Of a stretch of 64,000 nt of DNA, positions 24,301 to 33,054 are shown in pieces. Positions within the stretch are counted from its first letter, which is position 1, and every line of letters starts with the position of its first letter. The stretch comes from Scyliorhinus canicula. Lineage: Eukaryota. The notes beneath the pieces were generated by a model, which saw only the letters and a program-made list of their open reading frames with translations, was not told the origin of the DNA and searched no databases. The DNA is taken from contig NC_052158.1 of the NCBI RefSeq assembly GCF_902713615.1, positions 32,281,990 to 32,345,989 on the forward strand, written 5' to 3'. The translations under genes and the position numbers were made by a program.

Positions 24301-27300
24301 CCAAATTTATGGGCTGGGGAAAAATGACACCATTTATAAAGAGGAATCTCAGAATATTTTAAAAATTAATGTTCTGTTTGGAAATGAGGAGTGAGCAGGG
24401 AAATCAGGGCCGTTTTCATTGACCACCCTCACCGTCCACAACATGGGGTAAACCAGGCCCTGTCCTAATGTAATACCCGAGGATACACTGCCCTGTCATA
24501 CTGTAATATCCCAGCGTACCCCGACCTATTATACTATCCAATGATACACCAGAAACTGTCCTACCCTAAATTCCCATGACTCATTGGATCCTGTCAACCT
24601 GTAATATCCCAAGATTCACTGGGCCATGTTGTACTGTAATACCCCAGGGCTGCATAGCGCCACAGTGGGTAGCACTGGTGCCTCACAGTGCCAAAGACCC
24701 GGGTTCAATTCTGTACTTGGGTGACTCTATGGGGAGCTTGTACATTAGTCCCACGTCTGTGCGGTTTCCTCCAGGTGCTCTGGTTTCCTCCCACAATCCA
24801 GATGTGCAGTCAGTGGATTGACCAGGCAAAATTCCCCATTAGTGTCCAAAGGTTAAGTGGGGTTATGGAGAAAGGGAAGGGAGTGGGCCTAGGTAGGGGG
24901 CTCTTGCAGAGAATTACTGCAGACTCGACGGGTGAATGGCCTCCTTCTGCTCTGTGGTGATTCAATGCTTCTTCTCCGATACACTGGGCCATGTTGTGCT
25001 GTAATATCTCAAGATAAACCAGGCTCTTTCCTCCCATAATATCCCAAGGTACACCGTGCCTTGTCGGATTGCAATGTTTCAGGATACACTGGCCCAGAGG
25101 GCCCCTCGCCCTGTAATAACCCAGAATATCCCAGGCCCTGACCAAATATAATGTCCAATGATATATCAGATACTGTACCACCATAATATCTTATTCTACA
25201 CTGGATCCTGTAAACCTGTAATTTCCCAGGATACAGGACAACATGGCCCAGTGTAATACCCCAGGATGAACCAGGTGCAGTCCTACTGTAATATCCTGGA
25301 GTACTCTGGATCCTGTCATACTGAAATATCCTATGAAACAATGGATACACTGCAAAATCCCAGGATAACTGAGCCCAGATGTACTGTGACATCCCAGTAT
25401 ACACTAGGCCCTGTTATACTGTAATATCGCAGGATACACAGAGCCCTGACATACTGCAATATCCCAGGACACACTGGGCCATTATACTGTTATATCCCAG
25501 GATTGAGCCCTGTCAGACTGCAATATTCCAGTATACACTGGGCCCTGTTATACTGTAATATCCTAGGATACCCCAGGCCCTACCTTCCAAAAACATTACA
25601 AAGTTGCTCTGGATCCTGTCACACAAATATCTCAGCGTACACTGGCCCTCGCTAGGATGCACCAGGCCCTGCCCCTCCAGCAATATCCCAGAAAACAGCA
25701 AGCACTGTCCATCTTGCAATATCCCAAATTCCATCAGGCACTATCCCTGCTGTAATATCCCTGGATACGTCAGTCCTATCCGACTGTACTATCCCAGGAT
25801 ACATTTATAATATCCTAGGATACTCCAGGCCTGTCCCTTTGTTCTGCCCCAGGATACTCCAGGCCCTATCTCTCTTTGCAATATCCCAGGGTACATCTGG
25901 CCTGTCCTGTTATACAGCTCCATGCCTTGCCCCTCCAACAATATTCCAGATACACCAGAAAGTGTCCATCCTGCAACACTGCAGGATACAGGAAGCACTA
26001 ACCCTCCTGTTATATCCCAGTATACGCCAGGCTCTGCTGTAATGCAACATCCAGGAATATATCTGGACCTTTCATACAGTAATTTTCCAGTAACATTCCA
26101 GTGTGACAGGATCCAGTGAATCCTGACAAATTACTGTATGAAAGGTCCAGATATATTCTTGCATGTTTCATATACATTCCAGGGGACAACAGGCCCTGTT
26201 TTACTGTAATATCCCAGGTGGGGCATGTTGCACAATAAATCCCAGGACACACAATCACTGTCCTCCAATAGTGGCTCCATGGTATGTTAGAGTTGAACAT
26301 TTATTTGCTCTGTGTCCTGGGCTCCAGCCTGAACTGGTGAACAGCTCAGCACTGACCCTCCCTCCAGGTGATCCTAATCTGAGGCTGTGTCCCTCTAACA
26401 GTGAGAAATGGTCTTACTATAAATCACCACCAGTGTCTCATTCAGTCCGCTGTGTTCCACCCGACAGGAATACTCAGCCTGGTCCTCCGGATCAAACTCC
26501 ACCCATTTCCGGATCTGGTAGGTCCTGTCGTGATTGGGTAAGATCCCACTGGACAGGGTCTCATCAATCACCACTCCATCTCTGCACAGATTCACCTCGA
26601 TGGCTTGAGGGTAAAACCCGGTGACGACACAGGGCAGCCGGTTAGAATCACCCAGACGGGTAAAGGACACGATGGGGGCAACTGAGAGAGAAAGAAAAAG
26701 GAATCAGTACAGGAAACTCGAGATAGAGAATCCTAGACATCACCCACTTTACCGACTCACAGATCCCCCCCCTCACTCACCGACTCTCAGTCCCTCCCTC
26801 ACTCAGCGACCCTCACTCCCCTCCCCTCACTCGCCGACTGTCAGCCCCCCTCACTCACCGACTGTCAGTCCCCCCCCTCACTCACCGACTCTCAGTCCCC
26901 CCCCTCACTCACCGACTGTCAGTCCCCCCCCTCACTCACCGACTGTCAGTCCCCCCCCTCACTCACCGACTCTCAGTCCCCCCCCCCCTCACTCACCGAC
27001 TCTCAATCCCCCCCCTCACTCACCGACTCTCAGTCACCCCCCTCACTCACCGGCTCTCAGTCCCCTCCTCGCTCACAGACTGTCAGTCCCTCCCTCGCTC
27101 ACCGACTCTCAGTCCACTCCCTCGCTCACCGACTCTCAGTCCCCTCCCTCGCTCACCGACTCTCAGTCCCCCCCTCACTCACCGACTCTCAGTCCCCCCC
27201 CTCACTCACCGACTCTCAGTCCCCCCCCTCACTCACCGACTCTCAGTCCCCCCCCCTCACTCACCGACTCTCAGTCCCCCCCTCACTCACCGACTCTCAG

Positions 27301-29983
27301 TCCCCCCCTCACTCACCAACTCAGTCCCTCCCTCACTCACCGACTCTCAGTCCCTCCCTCACTCACCGCCTCTCAGTCCCCCCCTCACTCACTGACTCTC
27401 AGTCCCCCCCTCACTCACCGATTCTCAGTCCCTCCCTCACTCACCGACTCTCAGTCCCCCCTCACTTACCGACTATCATTCACCCCCTCACTCACCGACT
27501 CTCAGTCCCCCCCTCACTCATCGACTCACAGTCCCCCCCCCACTCACCGACTCTCAGTCCCCCCCCACTCACCGACTCTCAGTCCCCCATCACTCAGCGA
27601 CTCTCAATCCCCCATCACTCAGCGACTCTCAATCCCCACTCACTCACCGACTCTCAGTCCCCCTGTCACTCACCGACTCTCAATCCCCCCTCACTCAACA
27701 AATCTCAGTCCCCCCGTCACTCACCGACTCTTAGTCCCCATCACTCACCGACTGTCAGTTCCCTCTGTCCATACTCCAGGTATTTCCTCAGCCACTCGAT
27801 ACACTCCACCTCCAGGTAATGTTTCCAGCGCTGGTTATTGACGTTGTTCTTGTCCCACCTGTTTTTGAAGCTCTCTCCCCAGGGGACCGGGGTCACCCAC
27901 ACCATGTTACTCTTGTCGAAGCTGATGAAATCTCGTCCATCCCAGCCGTATTGGGCGAATGCACTTGTGCTCCCATCATCCCTCAGGTCACAGCCATTCA
28001 TCATCTGGTAAACGTGGATCCCTGATGATCAAAATCACAATCCGCCAATCAGATCCTTTCATTCCAACAGGCCCCATTCAAATACAGACAGCCAATCAGA
28101 GGCTGGCCCTTGGGGTCGCTGCACGTGCCGTGCACACATCCAATCAAAGGAGGCCTCACGAGAAACCTTCCCTCCCCACATTGAGATTTACCTCCACATT
28201 CACAAACACAGCCAATCAGCCACTGGCATCAACATCTCTATCAACTCTGGGCTTCAAGTGATGGGAGCTGGAGGACTCACCTCCTGACTGGTTGGTCCTG
28301 GACATCAGGGTCAAAACATAAGCTTTGAAATAATTCTCCTGCTCCCGTGCGAGAAACTTCTTCCGTTCCCAGAACTCACGCCCCTCACTGAAGACCATCC
28401 ATTGCTCTCTGGGAATCAAGTCCTTCCGATCGCCGTCATACAGAATGAACTGGACATTGTCCACAGAACCGACACCCACAAATTCCCGGAATCCAGGCAT
28501 TGGAGTCATACCCGTGAGGAAATACCGCAGAGAGTGAGAGCCTGAAAAACACACAGAGAGACATCAGGGTCTGAACCCCTAACCAGCAGCACCGACATTT
28601 GCAATGTTCCTCAGAACGTCAGATCGGGAATTGCACAAATGCTGGAGTTCCCAGCCAGGTCTGATCTCTCGCTGCCTCCCTTATCCTCTGTGGCTGCTGG
28701 AATCTCTAACCCAGTCTGTGCTGTGTGGCTGCTGGAATCTCTAACCCAGTCTGTGCTGTGTGGCTGCTGGAGTATCTAACCCAGTCTGTGCTATGTGGCT
28801 GCTGGAATCTCTAACCCAGTCTGTGCTATGTGGCTGCTGGAGTATCTAACCCAGTCTGTGCTATGTGGCTGCTGGAATCTCTAATCCAGTCTGTGCTATG
28901 TGGCTGGAGTCTCTAACCCAGTCTGTGCTATGTGGCTGCTGGGGTCTCTAACCCAGTCTGTGCTATGTGGCTGCTGGAATCTCTAACCCAGTCTGTGCTC
29001 TGCGGCTGCTGCAGTCTCTAACCCAGTCTGTGTTATTTACTCCACTCTCTCTTAGTTTTGGCTGGTGTGTGTATCCAGGAACTTCTTCACCTAAAATAAT
29101 TGTGGTATTCTGAAACTCTCTCCCTCAAATAGATGTAATTGCTGGGGTCAACTGAAACTTTCAAAGTAGAGATGGATTTTTGTTGGGGAAGGAATATGGA
29201 GCACACGGCATGGGGGGGGGGGGGGGGGGAGGAGTTTAGATACAGACCAAGAAGGATCTAATTGCAGGAAAGATGGACAGGATTGTCTCCTCCTGTATTC
29301 TTCCATCTCCTTCCTCTCTGTCTCTTCAGCTCCATGTCCCTGCCCTCAGTTCCCTCACAACTCACAACCTCCCTCTTCTGCAGGCTCAGTACCTGGCCTG
29401 GCTCTGCCCCTTTCACATCCCGTCACTCACTGACCCAGGGTTAATGCCCCAGTACCCAGTCTGGCAGTGCCCCTCTCACACTCCATCACTCACTGACCCA
29501 GGGTTAATGCCCCAGTACCCAGTCTGGCTGTGCCCCTCTCACACTCCATCACTCACTGACCCAGGGTTAATGCCCCAGTACCCAGCCTGGCTCTGTCCCT
29601 CTCACACCCCATCACTCACTGACCCAGGGTTAATGCCCCAGTACCCAGCCTGCTTCTGCCCCTCTCACACCCCATCACTCACTGACCTAGGGTTGATGCC
29701 CCAATACCCAGCGTGGCTCTGCCCCTCTCACACCCCATCACTCACTGACCCAGGGTTAATGCCCCAGTACCCAGCCTAGCTCTGCCCCTCTCACACCCCA
29801 TCACTCACTGACACAGGGTTAATGCCCCAGTACCCAGCCTGGCTCTGCCCCTCTCACACCCCATCACTCACTGACCCAGGGTTAATGCCCCAATACCCAG
29901 CCTGGCTCTGTCCCTCTCACACTCCATCACTCACCTGCAGACACCTCTCCACACAGAAGGAGCAGCGCCATCAGTCCAATCAT
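6381..29983 (-). CDS. MHC-I: MHC class I heavy chain (8 coding exons, 346 aa), probably non-classical, elasmobranch UBA-like lineage
   Basis: Exons of 49+261+273+264+102+33+45+14 = 1041 nt join in frame over GT-AG phase-1 introns: leader MIGLMALLLLCGEVSA, alpha1 GSHSLRYF..RTNQSG, alpha2 with a C..C pair, IgC1 alpha3, TM, cytoplasmic tail. The lineage label is from recall of shark class I sequences, not a search. Confidence 0.95.
6520..7130 (+). mobile_element. CR1 LINE 3' fragment
   Basis: YVERLNRLGLFALER..DLIEVYKIMRG and the tail GGGCCGAAGGGCCTGTTCCTGTGCTGT. Confidence 0.85.
7199..7832. mobile_element. PIF/Harbinger-like MITE
   Basis: TIR GGGGGCGATTCTCCG...CGGAGAATCGCCCCC; flanks ACA/ATA; GC-rich interior. 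Confidence 0.8.
7950..9490 (+). mobile_element. Degenerate CR1 RT fragments
   Basis: KRFRLQEDRD..MQFNAEKCEVLGFG and ..DVVNIDLNNTFDKVPH-like remnants, ending in a CR1-type tail. Confidence 0.65.
10025..10069 (-). CDS. MHC-I exon 7, Ser-rich cytoplasmic (45 bp)
   Basis: TSDKGGSSSSSSELI; ctccttcctttaacag acceptor, g|gtataa donor. Confidence 0.8.
10183..10215 (-). CDS. MHC-I exon 6, cytoplasmic (33 bp)
   Basis: GRGKSDYNPTN with the class I cytoplasmic Tyr; ttttacag acceptor, gtaagc donor. Confidence 0.85.
10582..10683 (-). CDS. MHC-I exon 5, connecting peptide and transmembrane helix
   Basis: (M)PKSHSQVTIGIVLGILGLLIALIIVAVVIYKKK(G); ctctctaacag acceptor, g|gtagga donor. Not shown in frame by the ORF track. 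Confidence 0.9.
10880..11172 (+). mobile_element. V-SINE-type SINE with (ATT)n tail
   Basis: tRNA head GGCAGCACGGTAGCACAGTGGTTAGC and the central conserved domain. Confidence 0.85.
11175..11700 (-). mobile_element. CR1 RT fragment
   Basis: Minus-strand remnants of PQGSVLGP, ..ADDTRLGG.. and MKFNTDK motifs. Confidence 0.65.
11714..11835 (-). mobile_element. Penelope terminal-repeat fragment
   Basis: Shares CACAACACCAAGTTAAAGTCC..TTTGTTTC with the Penelope end at 37222-37330. Confidence 0.6.
13133..13257 (+). mobile_element. Short L1-like 3' end inserted in the Gypsy RT
   Basis: G-run, T-rich UTR, AATAAA, poly(A); degenerate 14-bp TSD AGAATGACGTTTGG/AGAATTCTGTTTGG. Confidence 0.65.
14792..18942 (-). 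mobile_element. 5'-truncated L1-clade LINE (ORF2 EN-RT-CCHC), disrupted
   Basis: RLITWNVRGLN endonuclease, RQGCPLSP and LYADD RT motifs; poly(A) and AATAAA at about 14792-14813; 17-bp TSD GAGGTGCCCGGAATCAT (14775-14791 and 18943-18959). Confidence 0.95.
15005..15137. repeat. 17-bp tandem repeat in the L1 3'UTR
   Basis: (CCCCCCACCTTTTCCCT) x about 7.5. Confidence 0.9.
21068..21312 (-). mobile_element. Solo LTR (245 bp) in the satellite
   Basis: TGTGG...CCACA inverted termini; 5-bp TSD CATAC. Confidence 0.85.
21565..21797 (+). mobile_element. 5'-truncated V-SINE-type SINE
   Basis: Central domain and (ATT)n tail as at 10880. Confidence 0.75.
23811..23980 (+). mobile_element. Short tRNA-derived SINE (same family as 5858-6034)
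   Basis: Near-identical sequence. Confidence 0.8.
24116..24443. mobile_element. Solo LTR (328 bp) in the satellite
   Basis: TGT...ACA termini; 4-bp TSD TGGG. Confidence 0.7.
24647..24968 (+). mobile_element. Older HE1/V-SINE copy
   Basis: tRNA head, diverged central domain and tail. Confidence 0.7.
26300..26305 (-). terminator. Candidate intronic poly(A) signal AATAAA after the alpha3 exon
   Basis: + strand tttatt at 26300-26305, about 90 nt past an in-frame TAG at 26397-26395. Confidence 0.35.
26418..26681 (-). CDS. MHC-I exon 4, alpha3 (IgC1) domain
   Basis: VAPIVSFTRLGDSNRLPCVVTGFYPQAIEV..GILPNHDRTYQI..YSCRVEHSGL; long pyrimidine tract plus cag acceptor, a|gtaaga donor; 88 codons. Confidence 0.96.
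26762..27760. repeat. ~26-bp minisatellite filling MHC-I intron 3 (about 37 units)
   Basis: Unit CTCACTCACCGACTCTCAGTC(5-8); the last unit overlaps the exon 3 donor junction. Confidence 0.95.
27749..28021 (-). CDS. MHC-I exon 3, alpha2 domain
   Basis: GIHVYQMMNGCDLRDDG..QYGWDGRDFISFDK..KNRWD..HYLEVECIEWLRKYLEYG; catcag acceptor, tcg|gtgagt donor; 91 codons. Confidence 0.96.
28045..28219 (-). promoter_or_regulatory. Cluster of four CCAATCA (NF-Y/Y-box-like) motifs in intron 2
   Basis: + strand CCAATCA at 28045, 28092, 28140 and 28212, all in one orientation. Confidence 0.5.
28281..28541 (-). CDS. MHC-I exon 2, alpha1 domain
   Basis: GSHSLRYFLTGMTPMPGFREFVGVGSVDNVQFILYDGD...EGREFWER...LMSRTNQSG with the N-glycan sequon NQS; tttttcag acceptor, gtgagt donor; 87 codons. 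Confidence 0.96.
28684..29030. repeat. 35/36-bp minisatellite in MHC-I intron 1 (about 10 units)
   Basis: Unit TGTGGCTGCTGGAATCTCTAACCCAGTCTGTGCTA. Confidence 0.93.
29380..29934. repeat. 63-bp minisatellite at the 5' end of MHC-I intron 1 (about 9 units)
   Basis: TTAATGC recurs at 29441, 29504 and onward; the array begins at the exon 1 donor. Confidence 0.95.
29935..29983 (-). CDS. MHC-I exon 1, signal peptide MIGLMALLLLCGEVSA
   Basis: ATG at 29983-29981, hydrophobic core, ends CAG|GTGAGT in phase 1 and joins in frame to GSHSLRY. Confidence 0.9.
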
Positions 29984-30089
29984 TGTTGCTTTCGTCCGGT
30001 TAAAGGAAACATTGAAGGGAAATCTTTTCCTGAAGGGACATTTTCAACTCGTTATTTCCGTCTTGTCCGATTCACAGTGACTTAATCGG

Positions 30090-30175
30090 ATTGGACCCAA
30101 AATATAATTGAACCAATCAGAATAAGGAGAGTCTGTGAATCATCGGTATCCGGCAGAATAGACACAAAACAGGTT
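30090..30175 (-). promoter_or_regulatory. MHC-I proximal promoter: S(W)-X1-X2-Y module plus forward CCAAT box
   Basis: Gene strand reads AACCT (30175-30171), CCGGATACCGA (30153-30143), TGATTCA (30142-30136), 18 bp, CTGATTGG (30120-30113), then CCAAT (30094-30090), about 110-190 bp upstream of the ATG. Confidence 0.75.
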
Positions 30176-30650
30176 CTGAACCAAACTCTTCCGCAATATT
30201 GTGAACCATCCAATCAACTAAATACAACTTGTTCCATTCTCAGTTGCCGGGTAGAATGAGCTGAAAGGAGTTTGATAAAGAGTGACAGAGGGAAGGACAT
30301 TAGGAACAGGAGGAGATCTGTGCTAACCATTAAATCAGATCACTGCTGATCTGAACTTCAGTTTCTGACTTTTGCTCCATATCCTTTTTTTAAAAAATAA
30401 TTTTTATTGGAATTTTTTACAGAAAATATAAAATATAACGACAAACAATGAAATGCAACAAAATAACCCATACTAACTGTAACACCCCCAAACTGTATCA
30501 ACGCATGTATCACATCCGCCCCCCCCCCCACCCCACCAACCCCAATAAACAACAAGAGAACTTACAAATAAATTAAAATTAAATAAACAAACATAGTCAT
30601 CGTCCGTCCCCCTTCCCCCCCCCCCCCCCCCCCCCCCCCGGGGGTTTAAT

Positions 30651-30993
30651 AGATTGTCATAGAATTTACAGTGCAGATGGAGGCCATTCGGCCCATAGAG
30701 TCTGCACCGGCTCTTGGAACGAGCACCTTACCCAAGCCCATACCTCCACCCTCTTCCAGTAACCCCACCTAGCACTAGGGTCAATGTGGACACTGAGGGC
30801 AATTTATCATGGCCAATTCACCTAACATGCACATCTTTGGACTGTGGGAGGAAACCGAAGCACCCGGAGGAAACCCACACACACACAAGGAGAACGTGCA
30901 GACTCCACACAGACAGTGAACCAAGCCGGGATTTGAACCTGGGACCCTGGAACTGTGAAGCTTTTGTGCTAACCACTATGCTACTGTGCTGCC
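30651..30993 (-). mobile_element. HE1-type SINE inserted in the L1 3'UTR
   Basis: Absent at the equivalent position of the other L1 copy (about 15137). Confidence 0.85.
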
Positions 30994-32107
30994 TGCTGCT
31001 GCTACTACTGTCCCCGTACACTATTGTTGAGCCAGAAAGTCGAGGAAAGGTTGCCACCGCCTCAAGAACCCTTGTCCCGATCCTCTCAGGGCCAATTTGA
31101 CCTTCTCTAGCTTAATGAAACCCGCCATGTCATTGATCCAGGTCTCCACGCTTGGGGGCCTCGCATCCTTCCATTGTAGCAAAATCCTTCGCCGGGCTAC
31201 TAGGGACGCAAAGGCCAGCACACCGGCCTCTTTCGCCTCCTGCACTCCTGGCTCAACCCCCACCCCAAAAATCGAGAGTCCCCATCCTGGCTTGACCCTG
31301 GATCCCACCACCCACGACACCGTCCTCGCCACCCCCTTCCAGAACTCCTCCAGTGCCGGGCATGCCAGAACATATGGGCATGGTTCGCTGGACTCCCCGA
31401 ACACCTGACACACCTGTCTTCACCCCCAAAGACCCTACTCATTCCAGACCCGGACATGTGGGCCCGGTGCAGCACCTTGAATTGGATGAGGCTAAGCCGC
31501 GCACACGAGGAGGAAGAATTAACCCTTTCCAGGGCATCAGCCCATGTCCCGTCTTCGATCTGTTCCCCCAGTTCCCCCTCCCACTTAGCTTTCAGCTCCC
31601 CTACTGACGCCTCCTCCACCTCCTGCATAACCTTGTAGATATCAGATATCTTCCCCTCTCCAACCCAGACCCCCGAAAGCACCCTGTCACTCACCCCCCT
31701 CGCGGGAAGCGAAGGGAATCCCTCCACCTGCCGTCTAGCAAACGCCTTTACCTGCAGATACCTGAACATGTTTCCCAGTGGAGCCCAAATTTCTCCTTCA
31801 ACTCCCCCAGGCTCGCAAACCTCCCATCAATAAACAGGTCCCTCAGCTGTCTGATACCCGCTCTGTGCCAACACTGAAATCCCCCATCAATGTTCCCCGG
31901 GACAAACCTATGGTTCCCCCTTAACGGAGCCTCCATCGAGCCCCCCACTTCTCCCCTATATCGCCTCCACTGCCCCCAAATCTTGAGGGTAGCCGCCACC
32001 ACCGGACTCATGGTATACCTCGTGGGAGGGAGCGGCCACGGCGCCGTTACCAAGGCCCCCAGGCTTGTATCTCCACAGGACGCCCTCTCCATCCGTTTCC
32101 ATGCTGC

Positions 32108-33054
32108 TGTTGCACGTTTTACTATGGGCGCAAAACGCGTTTATTGGAGTGTATTAACACGCCTCCGTATTCGACGTGTGCTTAACACTACTAGGCTCTG
32201 TTGTATGTAATTATTCAGCTCTGGGAGTCGCCAGTTGCCGTATAGACAACGTCACAAGTATTCCAAGGTCAAGTTCAAAGTAATAAAGACGATACACCGA
32301 TTAGTAAGGTTCAAACGATCAATATTTATTATACAGTTATAATAAATACTCATGCACACACTAAGAGACTAAGCTATAACTAAACTTAAGTGAACAGAAT
32401 ACTTATCTAACAGGAACAGGCAAGGTCAGAGAACGAGGCCTTCGTCCTGGTCTTGTACTGCAGCCTTCAGCAAGCGTTCTGGTACTGGGAGTCTAGTGGG
32501 CTTGGATCGCGTAGCGAGCGTTGAACTTACGGTTTCGGCGGCTGGTGCTCAACGGCTGGAGTCAGGATGCAAGATGTCTATCAGAGCCGGAGCACGGGTT
32601 TAACAGACCGGACAACACGAGGTCCCTATCTTTTATAGGGGTTCCATTGTCCTTCCCTCTTCTCGGGCGGGCTCTACCTATTGGATCAATTTCTTATCGA
32701 TACTGGATTAATTCCCCAATGCGAGGGGGTCTCCGTGATGGAGGGGGCGTTTCTTATGTCCTTTTGTTTGGAGGTTTCTGGTGCCTCGATGTCTGGGCCT
32801 TGATTAGAATGTGTCCATTCAGAACCAAATGTATCTATTGTGTGGGTGTTCAAGTCTGATGGCCTCATTAGCATGCAAAGCGTTTTGCCATTTGCACCTA
32901 GCTAAGGTCTTCTCACCTGAGCCCAAACTGGTTTCTGCTGCTGCAGAATGCAAACTGCTCTTTGCAGACTGCTGTTCTGGCTAAACTGTCTGTTTCCCAG
33001 CAGTCTTAGCGGTTGACCTATTTTGTAGCTCAGCATCCATTTTAGGTGGCTACA
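32108..33054 (-). mobile_element. Solo LTR (947 bp) inserted in L1 ORF2
   Basis: TGTTGC...GCTACA termini; 4-bp TSD CTGC; empty site visible in the other L1 copy (about 16240). Confidence 0.9.

Larger units (their letters stand above)
20705..26220. repeat. Degenerate ~35-bp satellite (5.5 kb) in MHC-I intron 4, interrupted by SINEs and solo LTRs
   Basis: Unit like CCCAGGATACACTGGGCCCTGTCATACTGTAATAT; near-perfect 35-bp core at about 21870-22200. Confidence 0.9.

Noticed and set aside
20705-26220. Regular ~35-bp periodicity superficially like a CRISPR array
   Set aside because: Contiguous tandem units with no unique spacers, eukaryotic context, no cas genes.
26621-27841. 406-aa Pro/Ser/Thr-rich + strand ORF
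   Set aside because: Translation of the intron 3 minisatellite, antisense to class I exons; no domain signature.
29273-29779. 168-aa ORF with 21-aa repeats
   Set aside because: Arises because the 63-bp repeat unit is a multiple of 3; intronic and antisense.
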